IMG/VR virus record: IMGVR_UViG_3300008110_000034
Coordinates: 32,001 to 96,000 of that record
Length of the DNA: 64,000 bases
From: a virus
Reading direction: 5' to 3' (one strand)
How positions within the stretch are numbered: position 1 is the first letter of the stretch; every line of letters begins with the position of its first letter. The position numbers and the translations under genes were made by a program. Shown one piece after another: positions 58,701-64,000 of this stretch. The notes under the pieces are model-generated. The model ran no database searches. It was not told the origin of the DNA and saw only the letters and a program-made list of their open reading frames with translations.

Positions 58701-60521
58701 AACAGTATCGTCAGTTTCAATTAGAGTAATTTGATCTTGTGCTACCGTTACTATATCAAGCAAGTGATTTCCTTCACTTTGCGAGGTTAAGGTAACAACT
58801 TGTGTTAGATTTTTATCTGAATATAGTCTAATTCTTTTATTATCAACTACGTAAACATAATAAACTTGGCGATTAACTAGTCCACCAATTGCAGTGTTAC
58901 CGTTTGACAAATATTCTACTCGTCTTCCGTTAACTAATCCGTGATCAATATCAAGATTAAGGTGGTTAGTCGGAATTTCTACATTTGTAATTCCGTTAAA
59001 TTCAACTTGTCGATTGGCTGGCTTTACGTTGATAAACTTAACTTCAAAAATTTTCCCTTGAACTCGTATATCTGTATCAGCTGTGAACAGAATTCTCTGG
59101 CCGTTTACTAGATCTACATTATCAATATTATAACCTAAACTTCCTTCAATAGTACTAAAAACGTCAGTAGTAAATGTATCTACTAAATCTACATTTTTCT
59201 TTGCAACTGATCCAAAATTATATAATTTTACACCTGCATCAAATTCAATAATTGGTCTTTTTGCTCTTCCGCTCTGATCAATATCTGGCGCTAAAGAATT
59301 TAATTCATAACTAGTTTTAATCACATCTTCGTGGAACCATCGATTATATCTAGCCCACGGATTTCTATCTGGACTTGATCTATTGATAGTAATATAATCT
59401 TTTGATGCAGCTAAACTATTTGCATCACTAAAAGGTAAAAAATCAAAAGGAGTGTCATCGAACAACACCTGACTATCAGAAGTATATGTGCTGATGATTT
59501 CTAAATCTTTTTCGCTTACTAATGTAATTTTATTTCCTACACCCTCAACATACCAAATAGAATTAGAATACTTTTCAGGAGATACAGTTCCAGTAAATTT
59601 AATTTTCATTCCGTTACTAAAAGAAACACCATTAGACATAGTATAAGTCTTTTTGCCTAGGATGTCTTTTTCAACATCTAAAAATGTGTTTTCTGTAATG
59701 TCTTGTATTTTAAATATGCCCGAAGTATCAATATTATTTTCACTTGTGTAAAATAAAAAGTCCGGTGCGTCCTCAGGAATTGAAAATTTAATTTCTCCTA
59801 CTTCTACAGCATTTTGACTTACACCCTGCAAGTAACGATCTGTTGAGCCAATAGTTCGTTCAGTTTTAATACTGAATGGTTCTCCTGGAGAATTAATTAT
59901 AAAATTATAAGTTTGTCCTCTGTATAATGTTAAAGAAGGATTTTTACTTAATCCGTCTGGTGTGAAAACAAAAGACCGGTTATCTCCCTCGTCAACAGTA
60001 ACAACAGTATAAGTGCTTTCTATTGCTAGTTGTTGTCCTGCTACAGAAATAACAGGAGGGCCATAGGGTAACCAAAAATACTGTTGAAAATTAGCAAATT
60101 TGTCCCAGCAGATATGAGGTTCCCAAGAATAAAATTCTTGCTTGTTTAATCTCTCATGGTTATCAACGATTCCGTTGTTGATCTTAACATGATTAATGTG
60201 ATCTATATAATCTTTTAAAAATGATACATTGCCTAAGTAGTCTTGAATAATTGCTGCAGGTTCAAGTTGATAATTAGATCTATCAATATCCGATGCTTCA
60301 ATAAAAATATCGCTAGCCGTGACTGCTTTGGCGTTTTTTCTTCCAATGTAGCCATTTACTTTTTTAACTTTTCCAGGCTGTGTTAGTTGATCTATAGTGG
60401 CTTCGGTAAATTTTTTGTTAGCATCTGTTCTATAAAATCTAGGAAGAAGACTTGACGATCTTCTTTTTTCGTTTGAATTTATAGGGACACCGTTCTCATT
60501 TTGATTTTTATCGTATGCCAT
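46722..60521 (-). CDS. Giant (4599 aa) multidomain virion/baseplate protein
   Basis: Uninterrupted 13.8-kb ORF between baseplate genes. It has FG-GAP-like propeller repeats, CBM5/12-like repeats, GsGYxxAP repeats and Ig-like V.(L/V)(N/D)G repeats. Confidence 0.8.
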   Translation of the reverse strand: MAYDKNQNENGVPINSNEKRRSSSLLPRFYRTDANKKFTEATIDQLTQPGKVKKVNGYIGRKNAKAVTASDIFIEASDIDRSNYQLEPAAIIQDYLGNVSFLKDYIDHINHVKINNGIVDNHERLNKQEFYSWEPHICWDKFANFQQYFWLPYGPPVISVAGQQLAIESTYTVVTVDEGDNRSFVFTPDGLSKNPSLTLYRGQTYNFIINSPGEPFSIKTERTIGSTDRYLQGVSQNAVEVGEIKFSIPEDAPDFLFYTSENNIDTSGIFKIQDITENTFLDVEKDILGKKTYTMSNGVSFSNGMKIKFTGTVSPEKYSNSIWYVEGVGNKITLVSEKDLEIISTYTSDSQVLFDDTPFDFLPFSDANSLAASKDYITINRSSPDRNPWARYNRWFHEDVIKTSYELNSLAPDIDQSGRAKRPIIEFDAGVKLYNFGSVAKKNVDLVDTFTTDVFSTIEGSLGYNIDNVDLVNGQRILFTADTDIRVQGKIFEVKFINVKPANRQVEFNGITNVEIPTNHLNLDIDHGLVNGRRVEYLSNGNTAIGGLVNRQVYYVYVVDNKRIRLYSDKNLTQVVTLTSQSEGNHLLDIVTVAQDQITLIETDDTVPINGETVLVKFGQENQGSMYYYNGSIWNKGQQKITVNQSPLFDLFDEDGNSFADISVYDGSSFAGNKIFSYKTSSLSADSELGFGLSYQNIANVGDILFEFNLLTDYFQYKENFVTLSKNTDTGFLKIIHGYNLEEYSNGWCKNLITNAQPIIRIYEGTEYKNNFPIDVYDNANDLLDLEVRVLINGKRIPKTAFTVETGINYKYVSLNQNSRITITDSDVITLKCFAKQAKNKKGYYEIPLSLQNNPLNNNLQYFTLGEVIDHVSSISENIPGFVGNYIGQGNLRDLGDTSSYGTRFVQHTCPLNFSLYHLGSKTANVLKSVEDAKETYATFKRLFLRLAEESGSGSNIRDHVDEILYQINQQTPKTNPYYLSDMFAYGPSKKTEYPVLDSRVKMYPISDVFDMSALSNKSVLVYLNGEQLLYGLNYTFTSSGYLEIILDINEDDLIEVYEYESTDGTFVPPTPTKLGIWPKFVPEIFQDTTYIEPTDVIQGHDGSITIAFGDYRDELLLELEKRIYNNIKISYNPEIFNIEDTIPGYFRNTDYDLDEYNQVLSKYFYYWSSQIDQDYTRLPTYDRTNGFTFNYRGNIAPDGRPVPAHWRAIYKWLLDTDRPHSHPWEVLGFTIKPVWWESVYGPAPYTANNRILWQDLNDGAVREPGKPVTRKLHYKRPGLIDMIPVDHQGRLISPYETGMVTGVINPSPAGYLEFGDQGPVETAWRRSSLYPFAALLAFLTLSPNKTLGTCFDRSRIVKNKANQLVYKDTNLRIRLQDIILPSNVNDATREYSSGLINYISDHIFTINNYNISSYKSDLSSLTNRIVSKLGGFTSKEKFRLILDSKSPTSKNNVFVPQENYNIVLNTSSPIRKISYSGVIIVKVSDGFNIAGYNQDEPYFSYYSKLQDGPTIRIGGISESFTDFDTNQTYVAGKVIRYNGRYYRVKTNHISGDTFDKDLYVLLPSLPETGGVVATLGKVWEKRKVLKLSYGTTLSTIQEVVSFLEGYGIYLEDQGFVFDDFNTNTESISNWNTSLKEFMFWATQKWKTGAVISLSPAAEKITLNTEFSVVNDIKDSFYGYNILRVDGQKLDPDLTSIYRTDNNYSVSPANTSHGIYSATFYLIQKEHVVVIDNRTMFNDVIYDLEPGYRQERIKINGYLTQSWTGGFSIPGFIYDEAVIKDWEPWTDYSLGTIVKFKEFYYSANKFIPGVELFNSNEWKLLLEKPTPRLIPNWDYKAEQFTDFYDLDTDNFDAGQQKVAQHLIGYQNRQYLENIIRDDVSQYKFYQGMIIEKGTKNVLNKLFDVLSANDQDSLVFDEEWAVRVGEYGASAAFDEIEIKLKEDNFKINPQPIEFVNSIDSNIVDSVYRQVPTDLVVRTVNYSSNPWPIRSHKTRFLRTPGYVRYDDVTLSVDSLLDLLDQNPNEFSIGDYIWCAFETLNAGGDYWNVYRITRAPFTIIGATYDNGILTFECDITPNLSIGDVFGLQSSGDADGFYTVSDLIDDTIVVEKEIPNFQGLSGATRELIFVSQRLESIDLANEILSTNIKAGELIWADSNEQSNNWAVWKNSPVYAKVELKNDEPRTEEKFGIALATNKLGTTLAVGTEQNKVLIYNVFNGTWGRLQELTVSALGPIADFTNSGFGTKLAMSEDAEWLAIAAPRASNIKTTYRGNYNSTANYNENDIVRVGNVHWQAATNLLDAETSTIDQFAQDWTPARLIEATKSGTPSGYVGQGLVVLYKRIADGTYRVVTSFTSPHPVLNNEEFGTKMKFSQSNGEYILGITSPLSGKLYLYRYSNVSDDSGIEWHMDYDRRYRGAFSSLIEYYQGDLVFYNQSIYEAIEDLSAGAFDIDQWTVVTDKNILGYFPNDVLNIEDTSPASDKFAYDFDFSSSGDRLAISAPNADKVFVYQYNGNSYDLILPVLEPATGDLEANTRFGASVALSSTGDSLAIGITDIVGASNNGKIFVYDLTSETYEKAQTIRSISDEIDERFGSTIEFMNDDKTLLVFSKKGDTFQDGSTVILDNGRIDIFDKYYTNFIYGESLTFNDSSLLKYGESIAVADSTILVSAPEYDDSYVENTGIVYSFKKLKTQYSWKKLYQESAVVDVEKIKKLFVYNSRTNTLLNYLDVIDPVQGKIAGPADQEIKFKTYFDPAIYSYSNNDLNVDEGLDWTSEQVGVLWWDLTNAKFLDSYVEDLIYRSSTWNTLHKNASIDIYEWVESKILPSAWDDIADTESGLSQGISGQSLYGDNAYSIKKRYDSISKTFKNTYYFWVKNKVTVPSVAGRNISATDVANLISDPKAQGYQFVSFLSKNSINLYNFKSLLENNDVNLNFQYWIIDKTDNNSHYQWKIISENENTSIPKEIEEKWFYSLVGKDANDRPLPDLNLPIKLRYGIESRPRQSMFVNRLEALKQLFERANSVLAKNLIADDYDLSDLLMTEPKPSSVSRLYDRVIDTELELRFINTDSLRQAILTPVITDGRITEVVISNSGYGYTTAPSIKIYGSGKNADILPVINSKGQITEVLINNPGQGYSDGTRLTVRYYSVLVNSDSAALNRWSIYQWDNVSWFRAKTQTYDVTQYWDYIDYYATGYNQFTKVDYAVDGTYQLPLLKTKIGDTVKVNNIGSGGWIILEKYADSTSVDYTQSYSVVGRYQGTIQFKDNLYKYKEGGVGYDGSLFDSDGYDEFASVELRVILNSFKDKIFVDTLRVEYLKLFFSSIRYVLSEQTLVDWVFKTSFVKAKHNVGSLKQKVTYNNDNLDNFEDYINEVKPYRTKIREFISTYNTVQNTPLSLTDFDLQSTISNQDTIIPVNVRVSETVNAVPPVTEISGTSVLSEYPWKHWYDNVGFTLSSIEIVDGGSGYITAPTVIIEDSYGVKASAKAFISNGQVSKIRIINSGTRFLKAPIVTLSGGTALSDNYARAVAIIENGVVRSSMIKMRFDRTTRTYAVTSILETETFSGDIQVTGKRLQFDLKWAPNTEVGKTLITINNVEILRDDYRLVVKNTQINGFTQYYGSVIFETPPTKGATVVIRYNKSSIHLNAADRINFYYDPQTAQLGKQLSQLMTGVDYGGVNIVGLDFNIQYGWDNLPWMTIPWDTFDDSFDDYVYTGANYEVVLDYVPALNEEINVYISRYDPEDLRSVNGYLPPVRIDNYDYEGVPIPGYPDAVMATFVGDGVNQTVVIPEDKITINSNDIVIVRRSTSDGSYKPLETNYDIRLDGGPIDYSSATGLNADDIIIDGDGFVTPTSSSAPEEVVPGHISDTVAIKVYNRPTSGSAKIISKNYKGDNSTSSFTLDQIPNGNAVLIVKLDDQILTRGVDYQYDWKLNEVKLTAAASNTQIVNITSFGLNSSNVVDLDYFIADGVSTEFITRASWSSNFEGFVLVNGEAIDYVLFETDESYGESSIGKLGIKFAAPPELDSVITYAITPIIEGTPVLDKMSIIRSESFEAEEEVFSYTLTIPIGKKLPFGRNSIVRVGQEVLRSPRTFYFTLSGGQLTYNIPQYQLTPSTLTVSNLSVYVDGKLLSPVIDYTFNGAGISVTLLSSSYVEGTVLSIAILTDADYRIEIDSGGVTNLILTESYPTGTEVEVITYYNHDILNVERTNNKLESQGTIVPMSADYYEFKKNTAGMFSLKAPVSSDDYVWVTKNRKLLTHSVDYSLHPLKQSIMLSEDLISSDIVEIIVFNDQVTEQAISYMQFKDILNRVHYKRLRSDKQTSLARELNYYDSEIEVTNGSVLADPLSLKNIPGIIEINGERIEYLYKNGNILGQLRRGTLGTGVPTLHSFGMLVQDISFSETIPYNDELIIENHYSDGSTKLVPLEFTPALTSGTVADGSTLYTGWRRSSTPTQFGQCDDVEVFVGGWLVMGDWTSDTSYNLGDIVIYGSYNYRCTSDHISSDSFFNDSDKWKFFTGNRRLKKHPYEVHCLDNGPESPGADVEFDADFAVDGTTKGVLLSEIPSIGTKISIVKRQGKIWNEPGKSLSFSNTPIAKFLKRYEGAWPNKTP

Positions 60522-63500
60522 TAAACACTCCCAATCGTGCTGCTAAGAATATTTTGTTCATTTAGTGTTGTTGATTGTATAAAGATTTCACCAGAGCTCT
60601 TAATTTTTGTTGCAGTAATTGCGGAAATAATTTCAATATTATCCACAGATGCTCCGCTTACAAATATTTGATCTCTTTCTGCTTGAATTTCATATAAGCT
60701 ACCAAAAAATAAATTTGATTTATTAGGTACAATAATAAAATTTACAATATCTGGTGCTAATTGATTCATCACATATGTTGCTAGTTCTGTAAAGTAAAAA
60801 CTATCTCCGAAGTCCCAATTTTCCAAAGAGAAAAATTGATTTATTGCAGATAACGCTCTTGATTTAATATCATTATCACTTACTACCTTTTCAGAATTTT
60901 TAACAATTTTAAAGGTTGCTTGAAGGTCCGGAGATGCCTTATTTCCAAATAAAATTTTATATTTGACAGGATGGTAGATAATTTCATCGCTAATAGATTT
61001 TATTTTATTAAGATCTGTAGATAATAAATTAAACAACTCATCGCTGCTTGGTGGTAGTGGTTCGGTCGTTAAACTTCCTTGTAGGTATCTTCGATATTCT
61101 TTATCGTAGTTTTTAGTTAAAACAAAAATGTCTACAATATTAGTAAGGCCTGGATCAATTCTAGATTCGTAATCAGCATTATGAATATACTGAAAATTTA
61201 AATTATCTCTTCCTTGAAATACTCGATATGAATCACTAAAACTTAATTTTCCTTGGGATAGATTTAATTTTTTAACTACATCCGTATCAACAAAATAAAA
61301 ATGCTGACTGTCGTTGTAGTCATTAAAATTAATCACAGAACTTTCTGAGGGTAGAATTATTACTTCTCCCGTATTTGAAAGATATCTATAATCTTCTTGC
61401 CCTTGTGCGATTGAATATTTTTCAAGTACTACATAGTACTTTGAACTGCTTTTGTTAATAAGTTGTTCAAATAATTCTGGGTTATCTACTACACTATCTT
61501 CATCAGTGTCAGTAAATGTAATTTGAATCTTTTTAGTATCTACGTAACCATCTAATCCTTTAAACTCTTCAGAAATTTCCCAATCTAAATCTAATGTATA
61601 GGGAATAGTTAACGACGGTCGTGTATTAATTCGTAAAATTTTTATTTTATCCTTGATTGTAGTATTTGATTTCACATCATATACTTTATCCGAAGCATCA
61701 AAATAAAAACGTATCTGTTTATCACTTTCGAAGATGTATCTTAGTTGTCTATATTGGACAGTATAGTACTCGGTGTCAGTTGTGAATAAAAATATCCAAC
61801 TGTTATCTAATTTTGAATTTCCAATATCTCCAGCCTTGCCTAAACTAAATGTTGTGCTTTGGTTAAGATTGGCTTCAAAAATAATTTTCCAGGTCTTTGT
61901 ATTAACATCGTATCGAAGTCCAAATGGTTTATTAGAATAAATTAAATCAACCATTGTACTGACTACAGTAGTCTCAAGAGAAGTGCGCCATCTAGGGATA
62001 ATTTGTTGTAACACTGCGTTTGACGGTATTACATCGTTCAATAGTACTGTTCCAGCACCATCTGGCTTAATACCAGTATTATTATTTGTGCCGTCACCGT
62101 ATACGCTAACAACCTTAGTCCATAGCACCGATGATGCATTAGGAATTAGGCTGGTGTTTTCAGTAGTAGTAACAATTTTATTGCTATCGGATGTGTCAAA
62201 ATATTGTGTTGCAGAATTAGGTACTACAAATTTTAATAAGGCTCCAAATTCTATATGTTTTAACTCAGTAGTTGTAAATGCTCCTGTTTTAAAAGGAATA
62301 ATTTCAGATAGGTCGGTAAAATATCCGGTAGACTGATTAGTATCAGAAGTTACGTTTATCCACTTAACATCAACCGGTGCGGTATCTACATTTGGAAATT
62401 CTGAATAGTAAAAATCTCTTAATGTATTTTTTTCTAAGATAGATGAAATTTCATTATAAATGACACTCTCAATATCTGTTCTAGTCAAATAACTGAATTT
62501 AAAATTGTCAATAAATTTTTCAATATACACAGCCCCATCGTCGGCAAATAAATTAGTCTTACTATACTTCCCGGTTGGATCAACTAGATCAAAATATCGA
62601 CTTATGCCACTGCTAGATCTATTGATTGATTTTATTTTTGCTACACTTTGACTTACTGATAAAGGACTAATATTATAATCCTCAGCTGTAATCATTCTAT
62701 TTTGTGTGTAATATGTAGCCGGTGCATTATTTTTAATTTCTGCATTTGTTTCCGATGCTGCGGAATTCGCCACACTTGTTTGTAATGACATTGTAATTGT
62801 CAGTGTTTCAACTTGACCAATATTAGAAACGTAAGGAATATCAATAGTGATTCCTCTAACATCTTTTGGATTAATTGTATAATTTAATCCGTTACTAATT
62901 CTATAGTATACTCTAAATGTGCCAAGCGGTAAGTTTCCAAATGTACCGTCACTAAACGATAAACTTACGCGATCACTTGATCGTGTAATAACAGTAAAAA
63001 TATTTTTAATATTTTTTTGCAGACTGTTATAAATGATATTGTTACCCTCTAATGAAGGAACTTTAGCCCACTGCTCTGTTTCAAATCCATTGTTATCAAT
63101 TTTATAAAGCCACATGTCGCTGTTGTTAACATTAACAGCGTCAAGGTCAACTACTTCGTTAGTTGAAGGTTGAGTAATTGTAAACGTTCCTTGATTTAAT
63201 GTACCTTGTCTAAAATGTAAAAAGAATCCAGTTGAATTACTTGCTGGGCCTTTTCCGTCTTCTCTATAAAGGAAAGCAAGATTGTTTGCGACGCTAGGGG
63301 ACTCTTCGTATATTTCGTCAGCTCCAGTAAACACAGTGCTAACTATTTCAAAATCCATGTTACGGCCGTCTACTGTTTTTGTAAACGAGTAAACCGGAAC
63401 ATCTGCATTTACGCTCTGAAATCTATATTGTTCAGTTGGGACTCCGTATACTGTCTTTTTATCGTCCGGATTTCCAAACTGTTTACTTGCAGGTATAGCT

Positions 63501-63985
63501 GCATTTATTATTTTAATAAATTGATCGTACCAATTAGTATTAGCAGGATCATTCCACAATACAGTTTGTCCGGATAAATTTCGTCCGTTACTATCAACAA
63601 CTGTTTGTGTAGTGCTTACGCTAGTGAACTTTAGTAATCCGCTAGCAGGAATATTCCTTTTTGGCGTGTAGCTTAGTAATCTAGCTAGACGTAGGACACT
63701 ATCTCTGCGTTCTGCAAGTTCTAAAAAGTTTTCTCTAGCATTTAAATCAACCCTAAATGCAACATTTTGTCCCAAAAATGCTATTAGATCAATTAATGCA
63801 AGGTACTCGCTAGATTCAATATAATCATTGAAATCTTCTGGATAATTTTCTCGAAGATAGCTAATCATAGTTCTACGAAGATTTTCAAAATCGTAACTTT
63901 GAAAGTCTGCGTTTCTATAACTTTGGTATATTCTTTTCCAGTCTTCTGCGACTAAAAGTCTATTTTGTCTATCAGTTGCTGACAT
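60521..63985 (-). CDS. Baseplate wedge subunit (T4 gp6-like)
   Basis: DFQSYDFENLR...DFNDYIESS...ENFLELAERRDSVLRLARLLSYTPKR and RMITAEDY. Confidence 0.85.
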   Translation of the reverse strand: MSATDRQNRLLVAEDWKRIYQSYRNADFQSYDFENLRRTMISYLRENYPEDFNDYIESSEYLALIDLIAFLGQNVAFRVDLNARENFLELAERRDSVLRLARLLSYTPKRNIPASGLLKFTSVSTTQTVVDSNGRNLSGQTVLWNDPANTNWYDQFIKIINAAIPASKQFGNPDDKKTVYGVPTEQYRFQSVNADVPVYSFTKTVDGRNMDFEIVSTVFTGADEIYEESPSVANNLAFLYREDGKGPASNSTGFFLHFRQGTLNQGTFTITQPSTNEVVDLDAVNVNNSDMWLYKIDNNGFETEQWAKVPSLEGNNIIYNSLQKNIKNIFTVITRSSDRVSLSFSDGTFGNLPLGTFRVYYRISNGLNYTINPKDVRGITIDIPYVSNIGQVETLTITMSLQTSVANSAASETNAEIKNNAPATYYTQNRMITAEDYNISPLSVSQSVAKIKSINRSSSGISRYFDLVDPTGKYSKTNLFADDGAVYIEKFIDNFKFSYLTRTDIESVIYNEISSILEKNTLRDFYYSEFPNVDTAPVDVKWINVTSDTNQSTGYFTDLSEIIPFKTGAFTTTELKHIEFGALLKFVVPNSATQYFDTSDSNKIVTTTENTSLIPNASSVLWTKVVSVYGDGTNNNTGIKPDGAGTVLLNDVIPSNAVLQQIIPRWRTSLETTVVSTMVDLIYSNKPFGLRYDVNTKTWKIIFEANLNQSTTFSLGKAGDIGNSKLDNSWIFLFTTDTEYYTVQYRQLRYIFESDKQIRFYFDASDKVYDVKSNTTIKDKIKILRINTRPSLTIPYTLDLDWEISEEFKGLDGYVDTKKIQITFTDTDEDSVVDNPELFEQLINKSSSKYYVVLEKYSIAQGQEDYRYLSNTGEVIILPSESSVINFNDYNDSQHFYFVDTDVVKKLNLSQGKLSFSDSYRVFQGRDNLNFQYIHNADYESRIDPGLTNIVDIFVLTKNYDKEYRRYLQGSLTTEPLPPSSDELFNLLSTDLNKIKSISDEIIYHPVKYKILFGNKASPDLQATFKIVKNSEKVVSDNDIKSRALSAINQFFSLENWDFGDSFYFTELATYVMNQLAPDIVNFIIVPNKSNLFFGSLYEIQAERDQIFVSGASVDNIEIISAITATKIKSSGEIFIQSTTLNEQNILSSTIGSV

Positions 63986-64000
63986 ATCTGTTTCCTATTA

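Noticed and set aside
1291-62336. Many short alternative-frame and antisense ORFs in the track (for example 1291..1518, 3592..3840, 15811..16137, 34514..34873, 43914..44252, 53734..54141, 61983..62336)
   Set aside because: They lie wholly inside well-supported genes, lack SD sites and motifs, and look like shadow ORFs.
1-64000. Stop-codon reassignment, introns, inteins, homing endonucleases, tRNAs
   Set aside because: Genes tile densely under the standard code and use all three stops, polB and thyX are of normal length, and the intergenic gaps are too short and show no cloverleaf.

Overview
This AT-rich window is a fragment of a large tailed dsDNA phage genome with T4-like replication genes and myovirus-type baseplate genes. 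It contains no identifiable cellular genes, tRNA, rRNA, CRISPR array, integrase, intron or intein, and it uses the standard genetic code. There are three blocks. (1) Bases 1-22174, + strand, cover replication and nucleotide metabolism: family-B DNA polymerase, sliding clamp, RNase H/flap nuclease, ThyX and a MoxR ATPase/VWA pair. A 7-deazaguanine pathway is dispersed through this block: a TGT/DpdA-like transglycosylase, a QueD-like T-fold protein, a frameshift-split FolE and QueE. It is mixed with a GT-B glycosyltransferase, a truncated UDP-glucose dehydrogenase, a purine PRTase and a HIT hydrolase. (2) Bases 22164-39102 form a cluster of about 20 genes, mostly on the - strand: four radical SAM proteins, two 2OG-Fe(II) oxygenases, two SGNH proteins, an SDR, a repeat-bearing methyltransferase and five glycosyltransferase-like proteins. 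A four-gene + strand island sits inside it. (3) Bases 39180-63985, - strand, hold tail fibre and baseplate genes, including a 4599-aa protein. The best candidates for new biology are a possibly clamp-tethered, possibly glycosylated deazaguanine DNA modification, a tandem-hairpin leader on the polymerase gene, and the late tailoring/glycosylation cluster. All family assignments come from motifs read by eye, with no database searches. Several start codons were moved from the ORF track using RBS and overlap evidence.
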